From: Paragordius varius
Lineage: Eukaryota > Animalia > Nematomorpha
DNA length: 64,000 nucleotides
Direction of reading: 5' to 3'
NCBI GenBank assembly: GCA_964247055.1
Contig: OZ176054.1
Span: 6,448,001-6,512,000 of the forward strand
Position numbers and translations under genes: made by a program. Positions 50,977 to 63,714 of the stretch are shown piece after piece. Under the pieces are notes generated by a model. That model saw only the letters and a program-made list of their open reading frames with translations. It was not told where the DNA came from and did no database searches. Numbering within the stretch: the first letter of the stretch is position 1; every line of letters begins with the position of its first letter.

Positions 50977-52096
50977 CTATGATGATGATGAGACTTTAGA
51001 TGTTTTTGGATTCATAGATAATATATGTTGTAATATTTCTTTCATATAAATATTTTTCAATGGAGTTATGGCAGGTAATTTTGATTTTTCCAGCTCCAAT
51101 TGTTTGGCATAAGCTTCGGACCAACTTAAACCAAACCATTCGGCTTCTTCCATCTAAAACGAATTAATTAAAATAAATAAAATTCGTATTGTTAAAATAC
51201 TGGCTTTTATGCGATATAAAATTTAAATTGAATTATTTTAACCTTAAATCGCATAAAAAATAAATATTTTAAAATGTACTTTAAAATTAAAAATTCTATT
51301 AAATCATAAAAATATTTTATGGTTGACTTATTTTTATACATTTAAAACGTCATTGGTTTGGATATAATGCATATAATTGGCATTTTCTGAGTTATTTGGT
51401 TGTGAAATCAATTTCATTAACATTTCACGTTTGAGTTGTGCACCCAATTGTGATTTAAGATCAACCAGATGAGTCTAAAAATAAATAAAAAGCGTTAATT
51501 TCATATGTTTATAATTCATTATACCTGATTATTATAAAACAACTTAATAAAAAAGTTAGTTTAATCTGACGAAAATTATCTAACTATTCAAAAAATAAAC
51601 ATTTAAGATGTAATGATCGAATCCGTAATGCTGATCCACCAAATCCTCAGTTCTTTTAGTACATTGAATAATCATGTGTTTGTCAAGCAATTGACTGTAA
51701 AAAATACGTTGATGTATCATAGGGACCCATACATAAGGAATTCTAAAATAAATAAGTTTAGGGCGATCAACCTTTCATAACGATTAGTTTTGTATCCCTT
51801 GATTACTTCTTCCCCTCCCCAAAGTCCTTTATCAGCCAAAGGGGGACAAAACGATTTAATAGGGTCATTTTTCACAAATTGACTAAATTATTTAAAAATC
51901 AAATAAACTTTTGATGGTATTTATTTTTTTGGTATCTTTGTTCTTGAGGAATCCAGTGAACCGGTATTGGTTTTCTCAATTCACAATCCAATTTTCGTAA
52001 AAGATAATGGCGAGGTAATCTTTGCGCAATAGAATCATAGGGCCAATTTTTTGGCCATTTAAGTTGCAAATATTTATCAAGTTTAGCACGATTCAT
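50977..52096 (-). CDS. MRPL28: Mitochondrial ribosomal protein bL28m, ~250 aa; exons 51909-52096, 51772-51882, 51601-51742, 51340-51474, 50977-51153
   Basis: Motifs RLPRHY..PIPVHWIP, KGLWGGE..KGY, WVP....FYSQLLD, TKRTEDLVDQHYGFDHYIL, DLKSQLGAQLKREML, EEAEWFGL..EA..KQLELE..PLKNIY. Phases are consistent. Confidence 0.9.
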
Positions 52097-52128
52097 GTTT
52101 CTGTGAATGTAAGAAACGCACGTGGATT
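52097..52128. promoter_or_regulatory. Putative bidirectional promoter between MRPL28 and FARS2 (32 bp), containing palindromic CACGTG at 52119-52124
   Basis: Head-to-head start codons at 52096 (-) and 52129 (+). Confidence 0.65.
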
Positions 52129-54050
52129 ATGAAATTTATCCGAAAAATTCAAATACCCAAATTATCGACAAACGAGAAAACAATTTCCATAAATAATAAG
52201 ATATATGTAAACGATACTTATTCCAATATTACCGATCATATTTTAAGTTATTTGGATCGTAAATTGCTTCATCAACCTTTTCATCCCTTATCCCATTTGA
52301 AAAATAAAATTCAAAATTTTTTCCATCGTAATTATTTGAATCACAAATTAAGCCCTATTTTTTCTATTCATGATAATATTGATCCAATTGTATCCACAAG
52401 AGATAACTTTGATAATTTATTAATACCTTCTAATCATATATCGAGATCGCCCACGGATACTTATTACATAAATTCGGAGTATGTTTTAAGGACTCACACC
52501 TCTTCGCATCAAATCCCATTAATGAAAACTGGATTGGATAGGTAGATATTAATTCAAATACTTTCTTTGATTTAAAACCATTTTATATTATTAATTATCA
52601 AATAAAAAATGTTTCCATCAAAAGTCTAAATCTTTTCGTTTTTGAAGAATATATCAAATGGTATTTTTTGCTTCAGTTTCTTAATTATGGGGGATGTTTA
52701 TCGCCGCGACACAATCGATTCAACCCATTTCCCAGTTTTTCATCAATTAGAAGGACTGCGGTTATACACGAAAGATCAAGTTGGAATTGTTTTATTATTT
52801 AATTTTTTTATAATTACACGTGATAATTTATTTTATTTAAATTTAAAACAGCTTTTTCAAAACACCAGAGACAATAGCCTGGTTTTTATGTATGGTAAAA
52901 TGGATAGGCAAAATTATACGCGAAATAATGAACGTCAAGCTTGCCATAGTATAGAAACTGCTAAAGTCCTTGAATTAAACCTTAAAAAAGTTTTGCAAGA
53001 TTTGATACTCACTCTATTTGGACCTAGTAATTTATAATAATAATTTTTAAAAGCTTATTTACAAGGGTATCTAAAACAAATGGATACACGGGCCGCCTTT
53101 TTAGACAAAAAACTGGCAGGCGGCATTCGTTTATTATACAAGAATTAACAAATATTTTATAGATTTTAAAAATAGTTTTTAAAACGAGTGTTTATTTCAT
53201 TTTTTGCTACCTCATGGCTGAAATTTGGGAAAATCAATTCAAAAAATATGTTCTGAAAAATCATTCTGCTTAAATTGTTAAAATTCTGTATTTCTTTCGG
53301 GCCGCATAAATATTTTGGCGGGTAAACATACGGACCCCCCGCACATTGGCCAATCCTGATTTGAATCTATTTTTTAATTTATACCTATTTTTTATTTAAT
53401 AAACCTAGCACTTTTCAATCAACATTTTTTCGACAAAACTCCACACCTTTTCATCAAACATTATTTCTATGAATTTTTTAAAATCTTAATGTTAATCACT
53501 TGAAGTCATTTAATTTATTTTCTTTGGTTTTGTAATTTGTTAAAAGAATTTGTTTTAGGTAAATATATTATTTTGAGAGCCACTTTAGTCATGTTAAATA
53601 AGTAAAAAAATCTATAAACCCAATGATTAATCTATTTTTTTCCTATAATAAATTTACTATGACTAAAAATCAATAAATTAAATTTATAATTAATTTTATT
53701 TTTCTTGCTTTATTATGTCATTCTCATTTTACGATACCAACTATAGTTTTAACTTTATATTATAAACATTTGCATTATATTTTGGGATTTAAATAATTTA
53801 ACTTTTGCCATTGATTGTTGTATAAATAATTTTTTGGGGGTATAATCTGTTTTAGAAATCGAAACCCGTTGGGTCCCAACCTTTTTTCCATTTACGCATC
53901 CATCTTGGGAGCTAGAAATCAAACATAATAACGAATACCTCGAGGTGCTAGGATGTGGTATAATGGAGCAAGATTTAATAAATAAAGGTTATAACAAAAA
54001 AACCATTATAAAAAAATTATTTTTTAAATAAATTGTTTTTTTTTCATTAA

Positions 54051-54089
<39 letters not shown>

Positions 54090-55794
54090 TATATATATAT
54101 CATTCACAGTTTAAATTTCAGCAATTTTAATTCACCCTCGAATTCGAATTCACCCTAAATCAAGTTATGTGTTTTTTAAAATTAAAAATTACCCTTATTT
54201 TATTATATTTTTAAAATAAAAAAATCTGTTTAAAGTTAATATAATGCTGAAAAAATAATAAACTATGTCGTAAAAATATATTTCATATTAATGATCAGAA
54301 AACACAAAATTTATTTTTAGGGTGAATTTGAATTGTTCAAGGGTCTATTTAAATTGTATATGGTAGATATTAAGATATATTTAAGTTTTTTATTTAAATG
54401 AAAGTAGCAATATTTTTATCTTATTTATTGATATAATTAAGTTCTATTAAAAAGAACAAGATAAAGCAAAAATTAAATCCATTCAATCATATGAAATGTT
54501 TTTAAAACTGAATTTTATTTTAATTAAAGCCAAAAACGCTTCCAGTTTGACCAGCCTTTAAAAGTTTAATATATTTTTTTCAACAAAATTTAAATAATAT
54601 CCCTTTTCCATATTTTTCATTAAATAGCGGGGGCCGAAAATCGTGTTGGATGGGCTTTTGGGATAGGGCTTGAGCGAATAGCCATGTTACTTTATGAAAT
54701 CCCTGATATCCGGTTGTTTTGGTCTCGTGACTCTGGATTTTTAAATCAATTTAACACAAACGACCCAAATGCAATAATCAAGTTTAAGGTAGTAACTATT
54801 TTTTTATATAATAATATTTGTGGAGTTTTTATTGAGTAAATGGGATTATAATTAAATATAAATTTAATAAAGATCAGGAATCATAGATGCATTTTATATG
54901 ATTTTTTGTTGATAAATGAAAAATTTTGAGGTTAGGAGACTCTTAAAGAAATTTTTATTAGTGACTTATATTAAGCATATTTTCATTAAACTAGAATACA
55001 TACATATAAAAATATGTTAAAATTTATATGTAGTAAATGATTACTTCTAATTAAATTGGATCATTGAATATAAATATTTCCAATTAATAATTTGAAGTTT
55101 TTATGCTATTTATTCTTAGCCTATCAGTAAATTCCCACAATGCATAAATGATATATCATTCTGGCTTAGTGATGATCCAAAATATCCACCCTTAACTCCT
55201 AATGACTTTTGTGATTTGGTTCGTGGTAATACGAACGTAAACATCTCAGAATTTAGCAGCGACAATAGTATATATTGATCTGTTTTAGAAAAAAATTATT
55301 ATGGAAAATGTATAGTATCCCTCTAAAATTACCTCAATTGTAGGAGGACATAACTTATTAGCTATATTATGACACTTTTAACGAAAAAAACTTAAATTTT
55401 TATTTATCTTTTTCTAAATAATTATTTATATATAGCTCAAATTCCAATTATCAAGGTATAGTTTAAAAAAAAGTTTATTTAAATTTAGCACGATCTTCAA
55501 AAATTAGGGCCCCAAAATTAGAAGTTAGGTGGAATCTATCTATTTATTTATTAAAATATTTTCAGTTATTTTTATATCCTATATTCAGATACCAAATCTT
55601 CCGAAACCATAGACTTGGTTGAACAAGTCAAATTGATTGATGAATTTAGGGAGAAAGCTACGGGTCGGAAAAGTATGTGTTTTCGCATTATATATCGACA
55701 CCCAATGCAAACCCTATCCAAAGAATGCGTAAATTTATATCACAAACGGATTGAGCGTGCGCTCATACAAAATTATGGTGTTGTAATACGATGA
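52129..55794 (+). CDS. FARS2: Mitochondrial phenylalanyl-tRNA synthetase, ~431 aa; exons 52129-52541, 52677-52779, 52852-53026, 53856-53987, 54628-54788, 55120-55225, 55589-55794
   Basis: [99 protein letters not shown] and a C-terminal FDX-ACB domain ([27 protein letters not shown]). Confidence 0.96.
54099..54365. mobile_element. Foldback-like MITE family, copy C (FARS2 intron)
   Basis: Degenerate ends with the same TTCACCCT / AGGGTGAATTTGAATTG repeats and internal sequence. Confidence 0.75.
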
Positions 55795-56664
55795 TGTGAA
55801 TAGCTCTTTATTTTAAAGTTAATATAAGTTTTATACAATAAATAAATTAAAAACCGATATTTATCAGATTTATTATTATATTATATTTGAACTAAAAAAT
55901 CGATAATTATTATCACAAAACATTCTTATTACTACTATGTTTTTATCCTCCGATCGATATCTAATTTTTAACCTGCTATTATTCGTGGTACTTACGCATT
56001 TACCGGCCTGTAAGTTTTTGGTTAATTTGCAAGAAATTACAAATGGAAGTCGCCCAAATACAAATAAAAAGGTTGTTATGCTCTTTAAAAATTATTCAAA
56101 CATATTACTTAACCATAAAAATCGCAAAGCCATGACGTATAGCTTTAAATTTTTATATTATTTCAATAAACTATTCAGTCATCTATTAAATTTTTTTAGT
56201 TTGTCCTGAATGTACAAATAAATTACTAATTTATAAAGAAAATTATTTTATACAAGGTATTTATTAAAATTAATATATGATATATCGAGGAATAATAAAA
56301 GCTGTCACACATACAAACAAAAAAGACATGTAACAATTGTCATAGTAATTTTAAGTCATATGTATATGTAAACCAACAAAAATACTACATTGTTGATATG
56401 TATGGTGATAAAAAATTTCCAGTAATAGAAAAATTAACAATAGCCACCAAACTAATACAGTATGAGTGAAATATATTTCTTGTATTTGATTAAATATGGT
56501 AAAGAGCAATAATGGTTAAAACAAGAAAGCGTCGAAAATTCATTTTTTTGCTATTATCCACCATTTTTATGCCAATAATATTTATCCACACTATATAAAA
56601 ATATCAAGCAATCTTGCCAAAAAACTATCAAAGATATTCACTCAATCCCTGTAAAATAATCCAA

Positions 56665-59600
56665 TTATGACTTAAAATATGTGGATATAAAGTTTTGTAT
56701 CGCATTGCGTAAACTAAATCCTCGTGTTTCAAGGGCTGGTACGCTGTTTGCCAACAGACGGTCACACACCTCTCTTTGACGCACATCAGTTTGCGTAAGC
56801 ATTTCTAAACGCCGAGCATATGACCGGGCCCATGTTACAAGGTGCGTTAACGACCTCTGCGCATCAGCTGTTACATGACTAGCGGTATGAGCGGCGGCTC
56901 TTTCCGCTATAACCCTAAGCCGCGTGGCTCCATGTCGAACAAATTGTCGTTTATAGGTACGTTCACGGGCCCGGGCAGTCCAACACGCCCGTTCATACAG
57001 GTAAGTGGCACCATAGAGCGCTCCAAAGACGGAAGCGATTTTAAGGAGCAAACTATTACTACTGCTGCTGGTGCTTGATGATGAGGAGCCTATTATAGGA
57101 TAATGAAAAAAATAAGAATACACCCAAATATAGTTTTCGCAGTTATAATACTGAAATAGTGTCATAAGAAAAAGCAAAATATTTAAGGTTAAGAAAAGTA
57201 AGTTATACAACTTGTGAGACAAATTTGGCCAACAAAACAAAAATCTTCCTAGATTACAAAGTGATTCAATAAGTGTTTTTTCAAAAAAAATTGAGTTATG
57301 ATGGGAATAATTACATAATTAAAATAAAAAAATTAATGATGTGGACTTCGATTTCTGCTAATTATGAAAATAATGGGATAACATATTAAACTTAACTCGT
57401 AAAATTCACACCATCGCTATTAATCATATAATTTTTACAATTATTTATCACCACGCTACATATATATATATATATATATCATAAACTATTCATCTTACGA
57501 GATAAAGGGGCAAACAGTATGAAGTTAGCTATTCTCCAAAGAATAAACATTCCAAGAACTCCGGTTCCGGCCGAAGACAAGCCAAAGAGTGAACCAGTTG
57601 CAATTAATGACAAGTGTCGCAATTCATTCATGGCATTTCTGTGTATGTTATCAAGGTTTTCGTCCCCACTTTCGTCCTCTTCATTGTCGCTTTCATATGC
57701 AGCGTTCTTGTGGTAGGGTTCAGTTTTTTCTAAGGTTCAGTGGAAAAAAAAGATTATGTAAATAATTTTTGATAGTATTTTAGAAAATTATTATAGTGTG
57801 CAATTTAACAATGACTAATTTTATAAGAGAACCAAAATTTTTTGGGCATAAATATCATGACATCCAAATGGTATAAAATTAAACATAGGCTTTTAAAAAT
57901 ATTTGACGAACGCTATATAATAATATATAAATTATACCTTTTTATCATTTTTATGGCATAAATTTAATAATGAAATAATATATATTAACAGGCAATTGTA
58001 TCTTTGCGATTGAAATCTAAAAGAGAGTAGTAGTATGGTAAGAAATTATAAAACTTCGATAAATTTTATTAAGATAAAAAAGGACCTTTTATTAAACTCG
58101 AATTTGTAGGCAACAAATTGTTATCAGGTAGGGAATGCCTACTGACAGAGTTTATGATTGGATTGTTTGCACTTTCATTGGGAGTTAGAGCCATTTTCTT
58201 GTTGAGTTCTTTGCTATCATTCAATAAAAAAAAATATTTTTAATGTGGGAAAATTTCTACCGTGTCTGGAAATGATTAATTTTAGTTTTTTGGTAGTTTA
58301 ATTCGTCATTTTTATGAATAAGAAATAGAATTTTGTAAATTTTTATCTTTTAGTCACAAAATTTTGTCGTAATAATATGGAATTAAGCTCGCTTAAATGA
58401 TTAAACAATTAAATATAACAATAAAAGTTGAAATTATACGGATATACCGTAAAAATATAAAAACAAATATTTTTTCAAAACAACCATACTTTTTAAACCT
58501 TAATTTTCCCCTATAAATTATATAACTACAATGGTAATATATTGATTGTTTTACCGATCTAGATATCGTTTACATACTTTCCAGTTTTCCATTAGTTATA
58601 CTAAAAACATCAAGATTGAAAAAGTTATGGTTGTATAGAAAAAAATATTTGTCTATTTATTTTTACGTTTTCTCCGTATATTTTCAGTTTTTACTGTAGA
58701 CGCAACCAAACAGTTAACAGATTTGATTAAGATATTATAAAGATATTGCTTAATATCCTAATCTTCGCTTGAAAAACATTTGGGCAAAAAAACATAAAAA
58801 ATATAAATCTTTTTGCTAGGTATTACTGTATATTAACTTTTATCCTCGACAAAATCAGAGAACAAAAGATACCGCATACAATAAAATTTACAAAACTTAA
58901 ATATTATAATAATGGGGGCGCATATAGATATCAAAAAAGAGGATTTAAAACATCCTACAATATAATTAACATAAACCATCAAATAAAAATATAAAATTAA
59001 AACGGTTAAATTAATGTTTTACCTTTCATATATGCTTTGTGGTTTTTGCAGTTGTTCCTCAAACTTTTTATGATTCTTATAGCTTTTCCCATAATACTTC
59101 ATCGAGTCATGAGAACGATTTTGTAAACTAGAATTCGAAGTAGTACCTAACATAGGTAATACAAGGCGGTTAATCAACCGCCGAGGACTAAGAGAAAATC
59201 GAAATTCTAGTCGAGGCTCAAAATCTGTCCACAAATCGCGACAATCCATATGGAAGGCCGTTTTTAACATTGCGGCCGTGTCGGGGGACATTGCAATATC
59301 TTGCGTTATTTTATACGTGTTGTTATCATTGTCGCCATCACCTTTTTTGCTACTATCATTTAGTAGGGGTAATTTCAGGTTAGATTTATCAGGTTTTGCA
59401 TGATCCGTTATATCGATATCTTTGCCCACCTTAAAGTCATATTGTTTTGGTGATTTACCTGAAATAGTATACAAATTATAAGGTTTGAATCAATCTACAA
59501 TTAGGGTTAAGTTTTGACCAATCAAATAATAATAATAACTGATGTGACCGCTTTATAGGCAGTTCATGGTGTCATGCTATGTGATGTAATAAACTAAACA

Positions 59601-62600
59601 AAATGAGCTTTGTATTAAATCTTGATAAAAAATTCGAATTTACAATTGTTTCATATAAATTTAAATTTTAACGCATTATTTTACACACGTTTAAAAATTT
59701 TAAACTTATTATATTTATTAAGCGGTTACAACCATGCATTCAAGAATGCATACCATTTACAATTCAACTTCACCCTTGAACAATTCATATTTACCCTAAA
59801 AATAAATTATGTGTTTTCGAACTAATATAACTTCATCATTAGAAAGAAATATGTTCTTATGGTATAGTTTATTATTTTTTCATTATTATATTAATTTTAA
59901 ACGCAATTTCATTTTTTAAAAATATAAAAAAATAGGTAATTTTTAATCTTAAAAATACATAATTTTAGGGTGAACTTGAATTGTTCAAGGGTAAATTTGA
60001 ACTGTAAATGGTGTATTCATTACAAGTCAAACTTTACCCTTTTATAACTATTGGGTACTAATTATTTAAAAATTTGGATAAAAATGTTTGTTAAATGATA
60101 GTTACTTTAACTGCTTCTTGTCAAATTTGGAAGTTTTCATTCCAAACAAAATTTTTTGAATTTTAGAAAATTAAATGACCTAAGAAAAATATTATTAACA
60201 ATAAATTATTATTATACGCATTTTAAACAGACTCTACTACCTTTTATGGGTAATATTTGGGCAAAACTTTCCATCAAATCCCGTTTATAGGCATAGAGAA
60301 ATTCTAACGTATCTGTCAAACATCTGGAACTAATATTTCGACTCAGTCCATCTTCAACAAAGGATACCAGCCCTTTCTTGTAATTAAACAGGGCGCTTTC
60401 CTAAACAAAACAACAATTTTGATAAAATAATAATATTATTTGCCTTCACAATGATTATTTTAAAGTAGAATTTATAATTTGTTACATAAATAAAAATTGA
60501 GCAATTGTAAAAAGGAAAATTAAATTGAGACATAATTCGGAACTTTTTAACAATTCATAATTTTTCGTATTTGATTAAGAATCATAACAAAGGTTTTTAA
60601 CTCAGCAATCCTTCGAAAAAAATGTCCCTTCCCTCATTTTTATAAAATTATCCTTCTGGTAAAAAATAACTCAGATCCTAATCCCAATTTCCTACTCAAA
60701 ACAAAAACAATTCAACTTATGACTCAAATTTAACACAAGTGTGTTCGACATTAATTGTGATATGTTTAATGGATTTATTCTATTAATCCACCAATAATTT
60801 TATTGTATAAAGCGATTATAAATTATTATAACCTTTTAAATTAAATTACTAACATAAGCGTGTTTAACATTCATTGCACCATGTTTAAATAGATTTTGTA
60901 TTGTAACACTGTTCACAAATCGATTATTAATTTAAATATATCCTTGGATAAAGTATAAAATAACGCCAATTACTTACATAGGCATGTTTAACATTCATTG
61001 TACCACTTTTAAAAGGATTTTGATGGTTTACAAAACGACGTTCATCATTAGTGTTAAATTCATCGACCAAGCTTCCCAATCTCCGTATTTCCTGTTCAAG
61101 AGCGGATTCAACGCATTCTTTAACTCGTGTTCCTAAGCGTGTTGCGCGCGTATCAAATTCGGTCTCTCTAACCTTTAAACCATTACGCAAGGCATTAAGT
61201 TTGGTTTGAGTCGCTGCACTGCGTTCAACTAACCGTTCACGTTCAGTGCTTAAAATCTGTAAGAAAAAGTCCAGTAATAATATACCATTTACAGTACAAA
61301 TTCACCCTTAAACAATTCAAATTCACCCTTGAACAATTCAAATTCACCCTCGAACAATTCAAATTCCCCTAAAAATAAATTATGTGTTTTCGGCCTAATA
61401 TAACTCATCATTAATAAGAAATATATTTTTATGGCAAAGTTTATTATTTTTTCAGTATTATTTTGATTACATACAAAATTTCTTTTTTTATAAATATAAA
61501 AAATTTAGGTAATATATAATCTTAAAAAACACATAATTTATTTTAGGGTGAATTTGAATTGTTCGAAGGTGAATTTGAATTGTTCAAGGGTGAATTTGAA
61601 TTGTTTAAGGGAGAATTTAAATTGTTTAAGGGTGAATTTGAACTGTAAATGGTATATGTTAATCGTAAAAATTATTGGGATATTTATTGCCTTACGGGTT
61701 ATAAATAAAAATAATAGTAAAAAAACTTTGAAACATATATGTTAAAATTACACTTATGAAACTATGGTTTAAAACTTTTTATCAAATTTCCACAAATTTT
61801 ATCAATGATGGATGTTATTGATATATTTTTTAAATCGTTGAAATCGATCGGAATGGTAAACTTTATTGGTTTGTACAATTAGGACCATATTTCCTTTATT
61901 GTAGTAGAGTTAACTGATTGTGAACATAAATAACTGTATTTTCAAGCTATCAGTCCGACGGGTTATGTGTATTAAACACTCAAAAACCAACCTTACATTT
62001 ATTTATATTAATTAATTTCGGTTCTAATTATGTACCATTCTTAACTCATGCCCTTACAAACATTAAAAGGAGCAAATTAAACGGTTACAAAAAATAAATG
62101 ATACTGTTACATAATTGCAATAAATAATAGCACCAATCCAACTTGTCTTTTTTTATATAAAGCAGAGAAATATAACTAAAAAATACCTTCAAAAATTAAA
62201 AATAATTTTAATACGATAAATGGGTATATTCATTTCTTATTTAAATACGATTAATTATATATAAATCACATTAATTTTTATAAAATTAAATAGAAACCTC
62301 AATTTGCTTTTCAAGTGCATCCAATAGTGTTTGACATATATTAAGTGCTTGTTGACTATGTTGCTCAAACTTAGTACGTAAGGCTGATCTATGGATACAA
62401 AAACAGTAAATATTTTAAATAAAGAAATAAATTATCATAGAGTCTATAAAAAATTTAAAAATCATAACAATCAATGTAAGTTAAGAGGTAATTTAAAATT
62501 TATATGAGTAGAATTATTTATTTGACATACTTGTGTTCTTAAGATCTTCATTGTTAAAAAATGCAAATTTAGTATCATGTGTATTAAAAAATTAATTTAT

Positions 62601-63714
62601 ATGACACGTTAATCAAAATGGTAGTTTTATCTATAAAAATACCATTTAATAAAAAATGAATTATTCATAAGTGAAAAATCTACTTTGATATGCATTCCTG
62701 AAACCGTTGTTCGAATCGTTTAAACTCATTGTATCGTTCCTCAAAATTTTCCCCGAAAGTTGGTGAGCTGGTGCCAGTACCTTGCAACATATTTGTTCGA
62801 TGATATGAGATGGAATCACCATGGCAACCATCGATATTAGCGCCATTATTTGCTGTTTTATACTTAGTTTTTGCATCAGCTAAAAGTCCAGAACTAGCTA
62901 GACTGGAATCAAGCAAACGTTTTTCCAAAACCTCTTTTGCCGAAATGAAAAAGATACGATCCTTCGATTCTTGCGGGTTGGAAAGAACGCCAAGTTCATT
63001 CAACAAAAAGTGGGTTATGCGTTCCGTGTGTTGCTTAACCACCTTGTGTAGTAAAAATATATGGTTAAATATAATATTTGTATATGAGCAAAGGAATAGG
63101 ATGTAACAGTTAACGTATTATTAAAGTATAAATAACATTTGTTTGTTGGATGATGAAAAGATTATACAACTTGTTAATTATTAAAATATAATGCTCACCA
63201 CTTAGATAAAAAATCCTTATTATACATATATAATATATTATATACATGTATTAGGAATAATTATACGTTAAGTAGATTATAAAAAACTTGAGAGTTGCAA
63301 AAACAGTCATATTAATTAATTACAGTTGAGATATATTTCATATATATTGTAGTCGTTATAAAAGGATCCACAACTTTGTTAAAAAATTAGCTTTCACCCA
63401 TTTTAGGTAAACTTCTACACAATATTATCGGATTATTAGAATCGATAAAACAGCAAAAAAGTAAAACATTTTTAATAGTACATAAAGAAGATGACTCACT
63501 TTATCCGTATAAGCCTTGTCGAATTGGGTTGAGGCGTCCCATCGATTATTGAGGACAAAAACATTTGGGCGACTCAGTTTGCTTGCGACTTTGTGGAAAA
63601 AGTTTTTTTCCGTTTGCATAATGGTGGATTCGGCATTTGCTACAAGGATAAAAACATCGGCATCTTGACAATACTTATCAATCCAAGCATCAACATCCGG
63701 GTTCACATCAATGC
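56665..63714 (-). CDS. MFN: Mitofusin (Marf/fzo-like GTPase), 5'-partial; in-window exons 63500-63714, 62684-63042, 62298-62388, 61032-61256, 60241-60400, 59023-59458, 58143-58213, 57499-57729, 56665-57089
   Basis: [84 protein letters not shown]-type motif, [47 protein letters not shown]. The upstream exons lie beyond the window. Confidence 0.95.
59751..60013. mobile_element. Foldback-like MITE family, copy D (mitofusin intron)
   Basis: TACCATTTACAATTCAACTTCACCCTTGAAC...GTTCAAGGGTAAATTTGAACTGTAAATGGTG. Confidence 0.85.
61283..61654. mobile_element. Foldback-like MITE family, copy E (mitofusin intron)
   Basis: TA|TACCATTTACAG...CTGTAAATGGTA|TA, with 3-4 tandem 21-bp units in each arm. Confidence 0.88.

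Noticed and set aside
55937-56209. ORF between FARS2 and mitofusin (and an open antisense frame)
   Set aside because: Lies between convergent stop codons, has no motif or splice support, and is likely UTR.
61290-61650. 21-bp repeats as a CRISPR array; ORF 61548-61745 (NLNCSRV repeats)
   Set aside because: The repeats are contiguous with no spacers, form inverted arms of a MITE in a eukaryotic intron, and the ORF is just their translation.
56875-63106. Plus-strand ORFs 56875-57078, 57519-57716 and 62810-63106
   Set aside because: Antisense shadows of mitofusin exons.
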